Assembly: GCA_964016885.1 (NCBI GenBank)
Contig: OZ024745.1
Location: 60,574,001 to 60,638,000 of the forward strand
Source: Eledone cirrhosa
Taxonomy: Eukaryota
Reading direction: 5' to 3'
Length of the DNA: 64,000 bases
A program made the position numbers and the translations under genes. The stretch's first letter is position 1. Every line of letters begins with the position of its first letter. Of this stretch, positions 14,233-27,156 are shown in pieces. The notes under the pieces were generated by a model. It was not told where the DNA came from, ran no database searches, and saw nothing but the letters and a program-made list of their open reading frames with translations.

Positions 14233-17200
14233 TCAGCATGTACCCATGGGAGGTCGGGTACCCTGTATTACTGCGTGACGCCAGAAGTCACGGTCGTGTG
14301 TCATTGACTTTGAGAGGTGTAGTTGGGTAAGGTCGGCTTTTATCACCTCATCCCAAGTCATCTTGGGTCTCCCCACTCCGCGGTTTCCATCAACTTCTAG
14401 TGCTCTGCACCTTTTTATGCAGCTGTCATCCTTCATACGCATCACATGTCCATACCAGCGTAACCGCCTCTCCTGCACGCAGCATTTGATTCCTCTTATG
14501 CTCAGTCTCTCTCTCAATTCATTTATGCTTTGTCGTTCACGTATATTACTGTTACACATCCATCGGAGCATGCAGGCTTCGTTTCTCTCTAATCTACGTA
14601 AGTCTTCCACCTTCAGCGCCCAGGTCTCACTACCATGTAACATCGCTGTTCGGATACACGCATCATACAGTCTGCCTTTCATTCTGAGGGAGAAGCCTTT
14701 TGCAGCTAGCAGTGGTAGTAGTTCCCTAAACTTCTTCCATCCCATTCTTACCCTAGTTATTGTACTTTCTGAGCACCCACCTCCGTTGCTAATTCGGTCA
14801 CCTAGGTAGCAGAAGCTGTCTACTGTTTCTACAGGGCCCTCCCAGAGATTGGTGGTACTTGTTTCCTGTGGCTGTTTGCTTGCTGTTTCAGCACAGCTGC
14901 TGCATGTGAATCCTACATTCTTAATTAAGCTTCCTGAGATCCCGCTACATCTCTTGTGTACCCATTGTTTGCATTTGGGGCAAAGAATGGAGTTCCTACC
15001 TACACCTTTCCTACATACTGAGCAAGGCCATTTCCCTGAGGGGATCTGGGTTCTGTTTTCTCGTCTACTTATAAGGACCTTAGTCTTTGTCATGTTGACT
15101 TTGAGGCCCTTTCTCTCTAGTCCCTGCTTCCAGGTTTGGAATTTATTCTCTAGTTCTACCATAGATTCAGCTATGAGTGCGAGGTCATCAGCATACAGGA
15201 GTTCCCATGGGCATCCGGTCTTAAACTCCTCCGTTATTGCCTGCAGGACTATGATGAACAGGAGAGGGCTAAGAACAGAGCCCTGGTGGACCCCAACCTG
15301 TACGCTAAATTCCTCGCTATACTCATTGCCAATCCTAACTTTGCTGACTGCTCCCCTATACATGGCTTGTACCGCTTTCACAAGCCATTCATCTACTCCT
15401 AGTTTTCTAAGAGCCCACCAGATTACTGCACGTGGAACTCTGTCAAAGGCTTTCTCAAGGTCGACAAATGCCAAGTAGAGTGGCTTACTTTTAGCTAGGT
15501 ACTTTTCCTGTAATTGCCTCACAAGGAAGAGCGCATCAGTGGTGCCTTTCCCTGGTACAAACCCAAATTGCATCTCGTCTATATTCACCCGGTCCCTAAT
15601 CAGCTGTGCTATAACTCTTTCTGTTACTTTCATGACCTGGTCCATCAACTTTATACCTCTATAGTTTCCTCTATCTAGTGCATCGCCTTTACCTTTGTAG
15701 CAGTTGACAATGATGCTACTGCACCAATCTTTTGGTATGGCCCCCTCTAGTATTACCTGGTTAACGATACGTGTGGTTATAGTGTGACCTACAGACCCAG
15801 ATGCCTTCAGCATCTCGGCAGCTATACCCGATGGACCGGTTGCCTTCCCTATCTTCATATCTCTGATTGCCTTACTTACTACGCTGCCGCTGACTTGTAC
15901 TGCTGGTCCCTCTATAGGGTCTACGTGGGGTAGGGTCTCTTCTTCCCATGCATTCTCCTCATTTAGTAATCTATCATAATGACTCTTCCATGCATCTTTC
16001 TTCTCAGCACTTGTGAGGGCAAGCTCACCTTTATCATTCCGGATACACTTCTCTCCAATGACATCACAACTATCTCTGACACACTGCCTCGCAATCTTGA
16101 ATACCTCCTGTTTCTGGTCCTCACGTTGTAAAACATGCTTGAATTTTCTATCCTCTGCTTCCCTCCTAGCTAAGTATACTTGTCGCCTAGCTTCCCTCTT
16201 GGTCTCTATGTAATGTACCCTGCTCCCCCCGTTCTTCCATTCTTTCCATGCCTGTCTCTTGGCCTTGACTGCTTCATCTACCTTATTGTTCCACCACCAA
16301 GTCACTCTCCTCCTGCTTGAGGTCTTACTCCAGCCACAAACCTCATCCGTCGCCTCTAGTAAGTTATTTTTTAGGAACTCCCAGTGTTCTTCTACATTGA
16401 ATGTTTCTATCTGTTCTTCTTTACTGTCGTAGGCGTTGAGTAAAATATCTTTAAATCTGTTACTGGTTGAGGGGACTTTCAGCTTCCAGATCTTTCTTCT
16501 CCAGGTTGGCCTCTGTTTCAGGGCTCGTCTAGTTCTGACCGTGAGGTCGCTGACAACTAAGCTATGTTGGGATATATATTCCTCACTAGGGAAGGCTTTT
16601 GTGTTTACGACCGTCCATCTGTCACGTCCTCTGATGAGGATAAAATCTAACTGACTAGAGTGCTCCCCTGATCTATAGGTGATCAGGTGGTTGTCGGGTT
16701 TTTTAAAGTTTGTGTTACATATCGACATGTCATTGGCGTCGCAGAATTCTAGAAGTCTGAATCCTTCCTCATTCCTTGTGCCAACTCCATGGCCTCCATG
16801 TACTCTATTGAAGCCGTCGCAGTGTTTACCTACGTGTCCGTTAAAATCTCCTGCAATGATTAGGAAGTCCTTGTCGTCTGTTAGAGCAGTAGTGTGTATT
16901 AGGGACTCGTAAAACCTATCCTTAAGTTCGTCTGGCAGCCCCGATTGGGGTGCGTAAGCTGATATTATTGTGGTAATTGTCTTATTCAGGACTAGTCTGA
17001 GTTTAATGATTCTTGCATTTACCCTGTACACTGAGATTACTTTATCTACCCACTTGTCAGCTAATAGTATACCTACACCACCCATCCCATCGTCATTTCC
17101 CACCCAGAAAAATTTGTAGCACTGGCTTTTTCCTACAAGGACTCTAGCAGACCCTCCTCTCCATCTAGTCTCTTGCACACAGCATACATCAACTTCCTTT

Positions 17201-17352
17201 CGCTCTAGCATTTCTACGATTTCTCCTGCTCTTCCTTTCATTGAGCCTACATTGATGGTACCAACTCGGAGTTTTGGGCATTTGTCGACACTCGTAGGGG
17301 AGGGTCTCTGGGTTGGCGCTTCACGTGGGTGCTTGGTAGCTCGCAGATTCAT
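14233..17352 (-). CDS. RTE ORF: APE endonuclease + reverse transcriptase + PHD-like Cys/His finger, 1039 aa
   Basis: Uninterrupted ORF. EN motifs GTINVG, QETRW, SAYAPQ, GDFNGHVG, LDFIL; RT motifs [23 protein letters not shown]; RTE-type C-terminus [11 protein letters not shown]...GRPKMTW. Confidence 0.96.
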   Translation of the reverse strand: MNLRATKHPREAPTQRPSPTSVDKCPKLRVGTINVGSMKGRAGEIVEMLERKEVDVCCVQETRWRGGSARVLVGKSQCYKFFWVGNDDGMGGVGILLADKWVDKVISVYRVNARIIKLRLVLNKTITTIISAYAPQSGLPDELKDRFYESLIHTTALTDDKDFLIIAGDFNGHVGKHCDGFNRVHGGHGVGTRNEEGFRLLEFCDANDMSICNTNFKKPDNHLITYRSGEHSSQLDFILIRGRDRWTVVNTKAFPSEEYISQHSLVVSDLTVRTRRALKQRPTWRRKIWKLKVPSTSNRFKDILLNAYDSKEEQIETFNVEEHWEFLKNNLLEATDEVCGWSKTSSRRRVTWWWNNKVDEAVKAKRQAWKEWKNGGSRVHYIETKREARRQVYLARREAEDRKFKHVLQREDQKQEVFKIARQCVRDSCDVIGEKCIRNDKGELALTSAEKKDAWKSHYDRLLNEENAWEEETLPHVDPIEGPAVQVSGSVVSKAIRDMKIGKATGPSGIAAEMLKASGSVGHTITTRIVNQVILEGAIPKDWCSSIIVNCYKGKGDALDRGNYRGIKLMDQVMKVTERVIAQLIRDRVNIDEMQFGFVPGKGTTDALFLVRQLQEKYLAKSKPLYLAFVDLEKAFDRVPRAVIWWALRKLGVDEWLVKAVQAMYRGAVSKVRIGNEYSEEFSVQVGVHQGSVLSPLLFIIVLQAITEEFKTGCPWELLYADDLALIAESMVELENKFQTWKQGLERKGLKVNMTKTKVLISRRENRTQIPSGKWPCSVCRKGVGRNSILCPKCKQWVHKRCSGISGSLIKNVGFTCSSCAETASKQPQETSTTNLWEGPVETVDSFCYLGDRISNGGGCSESTITRVRMGWKKFRELLPLLAAKGFSLRMKGRLYDACIRTAMLHGSETWALKVEDLRRLERNEACMLRWMCNSNIRERQSINELRERLSIRGIKCCVQERRLRWYGHVMRMKDDSCIKRCRALEVDGNRGVGRPKMTWDEVIKADLTQLHLSKSMTHDRDFWRHAVIQGTRPPMGTC

Positions 17353-17597
17353 ATTTCATCTATTGATTCAGAGTTGCTCGTGTATTCCCAGCTCATCCAT
17401 CCATAACGGTGGGAAAATTGAGGGCTAGAAGGACAGTGGTGGTGGGGTAATGGCAGGGTGTGTTGGGATGCGCCAGAGGAGGAGAGAGTTAGTTAGGCAG
17501 GTAGTAGCAGCAGCAGCAGTGGAAATGGCATGCTAGGTTTGATTGGTCGAATAGACTATGGTGGTGTGTGGGGGTGGGTGGGGAGGGAAATTGTGAG

Positions 17598-20500
17598 GTA
17601 GGAACTGAGGGTCGCATGGTAAATATCCAAGTTAATACTACATCAGTAAAATTAACAATAATAACGTCATGAAAAAAGCTACTAAGAGAAACCCTCGAAA
17701 ATTTATCGCTAATACAGCAGGGAAAATTTAACGCTAATACAGCAGGGAACATCATAATATTAACGACAATATGTAGGCTAAAATACCTTCGTAGATTAGA
17801 TGGATGGCTGGCTGGGAAAATTGGAATCAGCTCTAGTGGTACATTTTAGCAGAGAAGAATGGGAAAGTGTCTTATCTCTTCAATATTTTCAGATTGAATG
17901 AATTAGGTTAAAGACAGGGTAGTAAGCCTTAAAGAAGTGCATAGAGAGAGGGGGGGGAGGAACTGAGGGCCGCATGGTAAATAACTGAGAGAGATACAAT
18001 AGGATTAGAATACCGCATGGTAAATATCCAAGTTAATAAGTTAATACTACATCAGTAAAATTAACAATAATAACGTCATGAAAAAAGCTACTAAGAGAAA
18101 CCCTCGAAAATTTATCGCTAATACAGCAGGGAAAATTTAACGCTAATACAGCAGGGAACATCATAATATTAACGACAATATGTAGGCTAAAATACCTTCG
18201 TAGATTAGATGGATGGCTGGCTGGGAAAATTGGAATCAGCTCTAGTGGTACATTTTAGCAGAGAAGAATGGGAAAGTGTCTTATCTCTTCAATATTTTCA
18301 GATTGAATGAATTAGGTTAAAGACAGGGTAGTAAGCCTTAAAGAAGTGCATAGAGAGAGGGGGGGAGGAACTGAGGGCCGCATGGTAAATAACTGAGAGA
18401 GATACAATAGGATTAGAATACCGCATGGTAAATATCCAAGTTAATAAGTTAATACTACATCAGTAAAATTAACAATAATAACGTCATGAAAAAAGCTACT
18501 AAGAGAAACCCTCGAAAATTTATCGCTAATACAGCAGGGAAAATTTAACGCTAATACAGCAGGGAACATCATAATATTAACGACAATATGTAGGCTAAAA
18601 TACCTTCGTAGATTAGATGGATGGCTGGCTGGGAAAATTGGAATCAGCTCTAGTGGTACATTTTAGCAGAGAAGAATGGGAAAGTGTCTTATCTCTTCAA
18701 TATTTTCAGATTGAATGAATTAGGTTAAAGACAGGGTAGTAAGCCTTAAAGAAGTGCATAGAGAGAGGGGGGGTAGGAACTGAGGGCCGCATGGTAAATA
18801 ACTGAGAGAGATACAATAGGATTAGAATACCGCATGGTAAATATCCAAGTTAATAAGTTAATACTACATCAGTAAAATTAACAATAATAACGTCATGAAA
18901 AAAGCTACTAAGAGAAACCCTCGAAAATTTATCGCTAATACAGCAGGGAAAATTTAACGCTAATACAGCAGGGAACATCATAATATTAACGACAATATGT
19001 AGGCTAAAATACCTTCGTAGATTAGATGGATGGCTGGCTGGGAAAATTGGAATCAGCTCCAGTGGTACATTTTAGCAGAGAAGAATGGGAAAGTGTCTTA
19101 TCTCTTCAATATTTTCAGATTGAATGAATTAGGTTAAAGACAGGGTAGTAAGCCTTAAAGAAGTGCATAGAGAGAGAGAGGGGGGGGGGGGTAGGAACTG
19201 AGGGCCGCATGGTAAATAACTGAGAGAGATACAATAGGATTAGAATACCGCATGGTAAATATCCAAGTTAATAAGTTAATACTACATCAGTAAAATTAAC
19301 AATAATAACGTCATGAAAAAAGCTACTAAGAGAAACCCTCGAAAATTTATCGCTAATACAGCAGGGAAAATTTAACGCTAATACAGCAGGGAACATCATA
19401 ATATTAACGACAATATGTAGGCTAAAATACCTTCGTAGATTAGATGGATGGCTGGCTGGGAAAATTGGAATCAGCTCTAGTGGTACATTTTAGCAGAGAA
19501 GAATGGGAAAGTGTCTTATCTCTTCAATATTTTCAGATTGAATGAATTAGGTTAAAGACAGGGTAGTAAGCCTTAAAGAAGTGCATAGAGAGAGGGGGCG
19601 GGGGTAGGAACTGAGGGCCGCATGGTAAATAACTGAGAGAGATACAATAGGATTAGAATACCGCATGGTAAATATCCAAGTTAATAAGTTAATACTACAT
19701 CAGTAAAATTAACAATAATAACGTCATGAAAAAAGCTACTAAGAGAAACCCTCGAAAATTTATCGCTAATACAGCAGGGAAAATTTAACGCTAATACAGC
19801 AGGGAACATCATAATATTAACGACAATATGTAGGCTAAAATACCTTCGTAGATTAGATGGATGGCTGGCTGGGAAAATTGGAATCAGCTCCAGTGGTACA
19901 TTTTAGCAGAGAAGAATGGGAAAGTGTCTTATCTCTTCAATATTTTCAGATTGAATGAATTAGGTTAAAGACAGGGTAGTAAGCCTTAAAGAAGTGCATA
20001 GAGAGAGAGGGGGGGGGGTAGGAACTGAGGGCCGTATGGTAAATAACTGAGAGAGATACAATAGGATTAGAATACCGCATGGTAAATATCCAAGTTAATA
20101 AGTTAATACTACATCAGTAAAATTAACAATAATAACGTCATGAAAAAAGCTACTAAGAGAAACCCTCGAAAATTTATCGCTAATACAGCAGGGAAAATTT
20201 AACGCTAATACAGCAGGGAACATCATAATATTAACGACAATATGTAGGCTAAAATACCTTCGTAGATTAGATGGATGGCTGGCTGGGAAAATTGGAATCA
20301 GCTCTAGTGGTACATTTTAGCAGAGAAGAATGGGAAAGTGTCTTATCTCTTCAATATTTTCAGATTGAATGAATTAGGTTAAAGACAGGGTAGTAAGCCT
20401 TAAAGAAGTGCATAGAGAGAGGGGGGGGGGGTAGGAACTGAGGGCCGCATGGTAAATAACTGAGAGAGATACAATAGGATTAGAATACCGCATGGTAAAT

Positions 20501-23500
20501 ATCCAAGTTAATAAGTTAATACTACATCAGTAAAATTAACAATAATAACGTCATGAAAAAAGCTACTAAGAGAAACCCTCGAAAATTTATCGCTAATACA
20601 GCAGGGAAAATTTAACGCTAATACAGCAGGGAACATCATAATATTAACGACAATATGTAGGCTAAAATACCTTCGTAGATTAGATGGATGGCTGGCTGGG
20701 AAAATTGGAATCAGCTCTAGTGGTACATTTTAGCAGAGAAGAATGGGAAAGTGTCTTATCTCTTCAATATTTTCAGATTGAATGAATTAGGTTAAAGACA
20801 GGGTAGTAAGCCTTAAAGAAGTGCATAGAGAGAGGGGGGGAGGAACTGAGGGCCGCATGGTAAATAACTGAGAGAGATACAATAGGATTAGAATACCGCA
20901 TGGTAAATATCCAAGTTAATAAGTTAATACTACATCAGTAAAATTAACAATAATAACGTCATGAAAAAAGCTACTAAGAGAAACCCTCGAAAATTTATCG
21001 CTAATACAGCAGGGAAAATTTAACGCTAATACAGCAGGGAACATCATAATATTAACGACAATATGTAGGCTAAAATACCTTCGTAGATTAGATGGATGGC
21101 TGGCTGGGAAAATTGGAATCAGCTCTAGTGGTACATTTTAGCAGAGAAGAATGGGAAAGTGTCTTATCTCTTCAATATTTTCAGATTGAATGAATTAGGT
21201 TAAAGACAGGGTAGTAAGCCTTAAAGAAGTGCATAGAGAGAGGGGGGGGGGGGGTAGGAACTGAGGGCCGCATGGTAAATAACTGAGAGAGATACAATAG
21301 GATTAGAAGACCGCATGGTAAATATCCAAGTTAATAAGTTAATACTACATCAGTAAAATTAACAATAATAACGTCATGAAAAAAGCTACTAAGAGAAACC
21401 CTCGAAAATTTATCGCTAATACAGCAGGGAAAATTTAACGCTAATACAGCAGGGAACATCATAATATTAACGACAATATGTAGGCTAAAATACCTTCGTA
21501 GATTAGATGGATGGCTGGCTGGGAAAATTGGAATCAGCTCCAGTGGTACATTTTAGCAGAGAAGAATGGGAAAGTGTCTTATCTCTTCAATATTTTCAGA
21601 TTGAATGAATTAGGTTAAAGACAGGGTAGTAAGCCTTAAAGAAGTGCATAGAGAGAGAGGGGGGGGGGGGTAGGAACTGAGGGCCGCATGGTAAATAACT
21701 GAGAGAGATACAATAGGATTAGAATACCGCATGGTAAATATCCAAGTTAATAAGTTAATACTACATCAGTAAAATTAACAATAATAACGTCATGAAAAAA
21801 GCTACTAAGAGAAACCCTCGAAAATTTATCGCTAATACAGCAGGGAAAATTTAACGCTAATACAGCAGGGAACATCATAATATTAACGACAATATGTAGG
21901 CTAAAATACCTTCGTAGATTAGATGGATGGCTGGCTGGGAAAATTGGAATCAGCTCTAGTGGTACATTTTAGCAGAGAAGAATGGGAAAGTGTCTTATCT
22001 CTTCAATAATTTCAGATTGAATGAATTAGGTTAAAGACAGGGTAGTAAGCCTTAAAGAAGTGCATAGAGAGAGGGGGGGGGGGTAGGAACTGAGGGCCGC
22101 ATGGTAAATAACTGAGAGAGATACAATAGGATTAGAATACCGCATGGTAAATATCCAAGTTAATAAGTTAATACTACATCAGTAAAATTAACAATAATAA
22201 CGTCATGAAAAAAGCTACTAAGAGAAACCCTCGAAAATTTATCGCTAATACAGCAGGGAAAATTTAACGCTAATACAGCAGGGAACATCATAATATTAAC
22301 GACAATATGTAGGCTAAAATACCTTCGTAGATTAGATGGATGGCTGGCTGGGAAAATTGGAATCAGCTCCAGTGGTACATTTTAGCAGAGAAGAATGGGA
22401 AAGTGTCTTATCTCTTCAATATTTTCAGATTGAATGAATTAGGTTAAAGACAGGGTAGTAAGCCTTAAAGAAGTGCATAGAGAGAGAGGGGGGGGGGGTA
22501 GGAACTGAGGGCCGTATGGTAAATAACTGAGAGAGATACAATAGGATTAGAATACCGCATGGTAAATATCCAAGTTAATAAGTTAATACTACATCAGTAA
22601 AATTAACAATAATAACGTCATGAAAAAAGCTACTAAGAGAAACCCTCGAAAATTTATCGCTAATACAGCAGGGAAAATTTAACGCTAATACAGCAGGGAA
22701 CATCATAATATTAACGACAATATGTAGGCTAAAATACCTTCGTAGATTAGATGGATGGCTGGCTGGGAAAATTGGAATCAGCTCTAGTGGTACATTTTAG
22801 CAGAGAAGAATGGGAAAGTGTCTTATCTCTTCAATATTTTCAGATTGAATGAATTAGGTTAAAGACAGGGTAGTAAGCCTTAAAGAAGTGCATAGAGAGA
22901 GGGGGGGGGTAGGAACTGAGGGCCGCATGGTAAATAACTGAGAGAGATACAATAGGATTAGAATACCGCATGGTAAATATCCAAGTTAATAAGTTAATAC
23001 TACATCAGTAAAATTAACAATAATAACGTCATGAAAAAAGCTACTAAGAGAAACCCTCGAAAATTTATCGCTAATACAGCAGGGAAAATTTAACGCTAAT
23101 ACAGCAGGGAACATCATAATATTAACGACAATATGTAGGCTAAAATACCTTCGTAGATTAGATGGATGGCTGGCTGGGAAAATTGGAATCAGCTCTAGTG
23201 GTACATTTTAGCAGAGAAGAATGGGAAAGTGTCTTATCTCTTCAATATTTTCAGATTGAATGAATTAGGTTAAAGACAGGGTAGTAAGCCTTAAAGAAGT
23301 GCATAGAGAGAGGGGGGGAGGAACTGAGGGCCGCATGGTAAATAACTGAGAGAGATACAATAGGATTAGAATACCGCATGGTAAATATCCAAGTTAATAA
23401 GTTAATACTACATCAGTAAAATTAACAATAATAACGTCATGAAAAAAGCTACTAAGAGAAACCCTCGAAAATTTATCGCTAATACAGCAGGGAAAATTTA

Positions 23501-25836
23501 ACGCTAATACAGCAGGGAACATCATAATATTAACGACAATATGTAGGCTAAAATACCTTCGTAGATTAGATGGATGGCTGGCTGGGAAAATTGGAATCAG
23601 CTCTAGTGGTACATTTTAGCAGAGAAGAATGGGAAAGTGTCTTATCTCTTCAATATTTTCAGATTGAATGAATTAGGTTAAAGACAGGGTAGTAAGCCTT
23701 AAAGAAGTGCATAGAGAGAGGGGGGGGGGGTAGGAACTGAGGGCCGCATGGTAAATAACTGAGAGAGATACAATAGGATTAGAAGACCGCATGGTAAATA
23801 TCCAAGTTAATAAGTTAATACTACATCAGTAAAATTAACAATAATAACGTCATGAAAAAAGCTACTAAGAGAAACCCTCGAAAATTTATCGCTAATACAG
23901 CAGGGAAAATTTAACGCTAATACAGCAGGGAACATCATAATATTAACGACAATATGTAGGCTAAAATACCTTCGTAGATTAGATGGATGGCTGGCTGGGA
24001 AAATTGGAATCAGCTCCAGTGGTACATTTTAGCAGAGAAGAATGGGAAAGTGTCTTATCTCTTCAATATTTTCAGATTGAATGAATTAGGTTAAAGACAG
24101 GGTAGTAAGCCTTAAAGAAGTGCATAGAGAGAGAGGGGGGGGGGTAGGAACTGAGGGCCGCATGGTAAATAACTGAGAGAGATACAATAGGATTAGAATA
24201 CCGCATGGTAAATATCCAAGTTAATAAGTTAATACTACATCAGTAAAATTAACAATAATAACGTCATGAAAAAAGCTACTAAGAGAAACCCTCGAAAATT
24301 TATCGCTAATACAGCAGGGAAAATTTAACGCTAATACAGCAGGGAACATCATAATATTAACGACAATATGTAGGCTAAAATACCTTCGTAGATTAGATGG
24401 ATGGCTGGCTGGGAAAATTGGAATCAGCTCTAGTGGTACATTTTAGCAGAGAAGAATGGGAAAGTGTCTTATCTCTTCAATAATTTCAGATTGAATGAAT
24501 TAGGTTAAAGACAGGGTAGTAAGCCTTAAAGAAGTGCATAGAGAGAGGGGGGGGTAGGAACTGAGGGCCGCATGGTAAATAACTGAGAGAGATACAATAG
24601 GATTAGAATACCGCATGGTAAATATCCAAGTTAATAAGTTAATACTACATCAGTAAAATTAACAATAATAACGTCATGAAAAAAGCTACTAAGAGAAACC
24701 CTCGAAAATTTATCGCTAATACAGCAGGGAAAATTTAACGCTAATACAGCAGGGAACATCATAATATTAACGACAATATGTAGGCTAAAATACCTTCGTA
24801 GATTAGATGGATGGCTGGCTGGGAAAATTGGAATCAGCTCCAGTGGTACATTTTAGCAGAGAAGAATGGGAAAGTGTCTTATCTCTTCAATATTTTCAGA
24901 TTGAATGAATTAGGTTAAAGACAGGGTAGTAAGCCTTAAAGAAGTGCATAGAGAGAGGGGGCGGGGGTAGGAACTGAGGGCCGCATGGTAAATAACTGAG
25001 AGAGATACAATAGGATTAGAATACCGCATGGTAAATATCCAAGTTAATAAGTTAATACTACATCAGTAAAATTAACAATAATAACGTCATGAAAAAAGCT
25101 ACTAAGAGAAACCCTCGAAAATTTATCGCTAATACAGCAGGGAAAATTTAACGCTAATACAGCAGGGAACATCATAATATTAACGACAATATGTAGGCTA
25201 AAATACCTTCGTAGATTAGATGGATGGCTGGCTGGGAAAATTGGAATCAGCTCTAGTGGTACATTTTAGCAGAGAAGAATGGGAAAGTGTCTTATCTCTT
25301 CAATATTTTCAGATTGAATGAATTAGGTTAAAGACAGGGTAGTAAGCCTTAAAGAAGTGCATAGAGAGAGGGGGGGGTAGGAACTGAGGGCCGCATGGTA
25401 AATAACTGAGAGAGATACAATAGGATTAGAATACCGCATGGTAAATATCCAAGTTAATAAGTTAATACTACATCAGTAAAATTAACAATAATAACGTCAT
25501 GAAAAAAGCTACTAAGAGAAACCCTCGAAAATTTATCGCTAATACAGCAGGGAAAATTTAACGCTAATACAGCAGGGAACATCATAATATTAACGACAAT
25601 ATGTAGGCTAAAATACCTTCGTAGATTAGATGGATGGCTGGCTGGGAAAATTGGAATCAGCTCTAGTGGTACATTTTAGCAGAGAAGAATGGGAAAGTGT
25701 CTTATCTCTTCAATATTTTCAGATTGAATGAATTAGGTTAAAGACAGGGTAGTAAGCCTTAAAGAAGTGCATAGAGAGAGGGGGGGGGGGGTAGGAACTG
25801 AGGGCCGCATGGTAAATAACTGAGAGAGATACAATA
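17598..25836. repeat. Tandem array of ~20 x ~412-bp monomers
   Basis: Marker GGAACTGAGGGCCG recurs 20 times from ~17959 to ~25794 (mean period ~412 bp). Length varies only in the (AG)n/poly-G tract; the ORF-proximal unit is shorter. Confidence 0.98.
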
Positions 25837-25911
25837 CGTATATATACATATATGTATATATACATATATGTATATATACATATACGTATATATTCATATA
25901 TATATATGTAC

Positions 25912-26001
<90 letters not shown>

Positions 26002-26433
26002 CACCCTCTAGCTAGCTTGGTGAGGAGGGTGATATTTGAACAACCTGCTGGATGAAATACAAGACCCAGTGAAGGGCGGAGGAACCTGGCAGAGTTAACG
26101 ACCTTCCAAATAGTACTTTTTTTTTTTACCTGGGAATGAAACGCCCTAGTTTTCACCTTTCTATGAGGGAGAAATTCTGAAAAAAAAACGTGCGGCTTCA
26201 GAAGCAGCCAATGATGTTGACCATTTCTCCTTTTTGGGTAGTGTTTTCGATGCTCAGAGAGTGGAATTGGTCAAGTGCAAGGCCTTTCCCCACTTAAAAA
26301 AACCTTCAAAGCACAGGCATTGCTTGTTCAGGTTATGTTACAGGTTCGTGTGGCTAGCCATAGCCAAGAAGTGCACCAATTTCTGTTATCTGACAAGCGA
26401 TTGCAATACTCTTAGCAGAGTTTGCAGCCATCA
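26002..26433 (+). mobile_element. Diverged relative of the repeat at 1378-1983
   Basis: Shared motifs and terminal ACTC..GAGTTTGCAGCCATCAT; flanked by (TA)n. Confidence 0.45.
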
Positions 26434-26444
26434 TATATATATAT

Positions 26445-26769
26445 GGAAGCACATGGCTTAGTGGTTAGAGCATTAGCCTTGCAATCGAAAGGTTGTGAGT
26501 TCAATTCTCAGACTGGGTGATGTGTTATTTCCTTGAGCAAGACACTTTATTTCACATTGCTCCAATTTACTCTGCTGTAGTAATGAAATGATAGGGACTG
26601 AGGTCCCTATCATTCCACTGCAAAGTGGTCGTGTAGGTGCCACGGAAAAAAATCACCCAGCACTCACTGTAAATGAGGTTGGTGTTAGGAAGGGCATCCA
26701 GCTGTAGAAATCAGTTTCCGTCCCACCCTTGCAAGCAGGGAAAAGCAGACGTAAAATGATGATGATGAT
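26445..26769 (+). mobile_element. SINE family A copy
   Basis: Collinear with 988-1322; ends GGAAAAGCAGACGTAAAATGATGATGATGAT. Confidence 0.88.
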
Positions 26770-26788
26770 ATCTGTAATATATATATGA

Positions 26789-27095
26789 ATCATCATTATC
26801 ATCGTTTAACAACCATCTTCCACACTAGCATGGGTAGGATGGGTTGTCCCTTTATGAGGGATCAGGTTGGAGACCATGATTCGCTCACACAGAACTGATT
26901 TGGCTTGTTTCTATTGCTGGATGCCCTTCCTAACACCAACAACATTTACACTGAATACTGGGTGCTTTTTGCCATGTCCCCTACACAACCACTTTACAGT
27001 GTGGGCTGGGTGCTTTTTGTCATGACACCTACATGACTACTCTACGGTGTCAACTGGGTGCTTGCTTTTGTCATGACACTTATATGACCACTATA
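26789..27095 (-). mobile_element. RTE subfamily-1-like 3' UTR fragment
   Basis: CTAGCATGGGT, GCTGGATGCCCTTCCTAACACCAAC and repeated CTGGGTGCTTTTTG units as in 13941-14200. Confidence 0.75.
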
Positions 27096-27104
27096 ATGAA
27101 TATT

Positions 27105-27151
<47 letters not shown>

Positions 27152-27156
<5 letters not shown>

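Larger units (their letters stand above)
13941..25836 (-). mobile_element. Apparently full-length RTE-clade LINE (subfamily 1) including a 5' tandem-monomer array
   Basis: GAT tail at 13941-13950, 3' UTR, intact ORF, unique leader 17353-17597, monomer array to 25836. Flanks TACGTA(16-mer)nTATATACATATACGTA at 13855-13940 and 25835-25888 look like a slipped TSD. Confidence 0.8.

Noticed and set aside
14363-16912. Several + strand ORFs within the RTE
   Set aside because: Antisense shadows of the RTE ORF with no recognisable motifs.
17598-25836. 412-bp array as a retrozyme, rDNA/5S or snRNA cluster
   Set aside because: No CTGANGA core on either strand, no Pol III boxes, no recognisable RNA gene and no ORF in the monomer.
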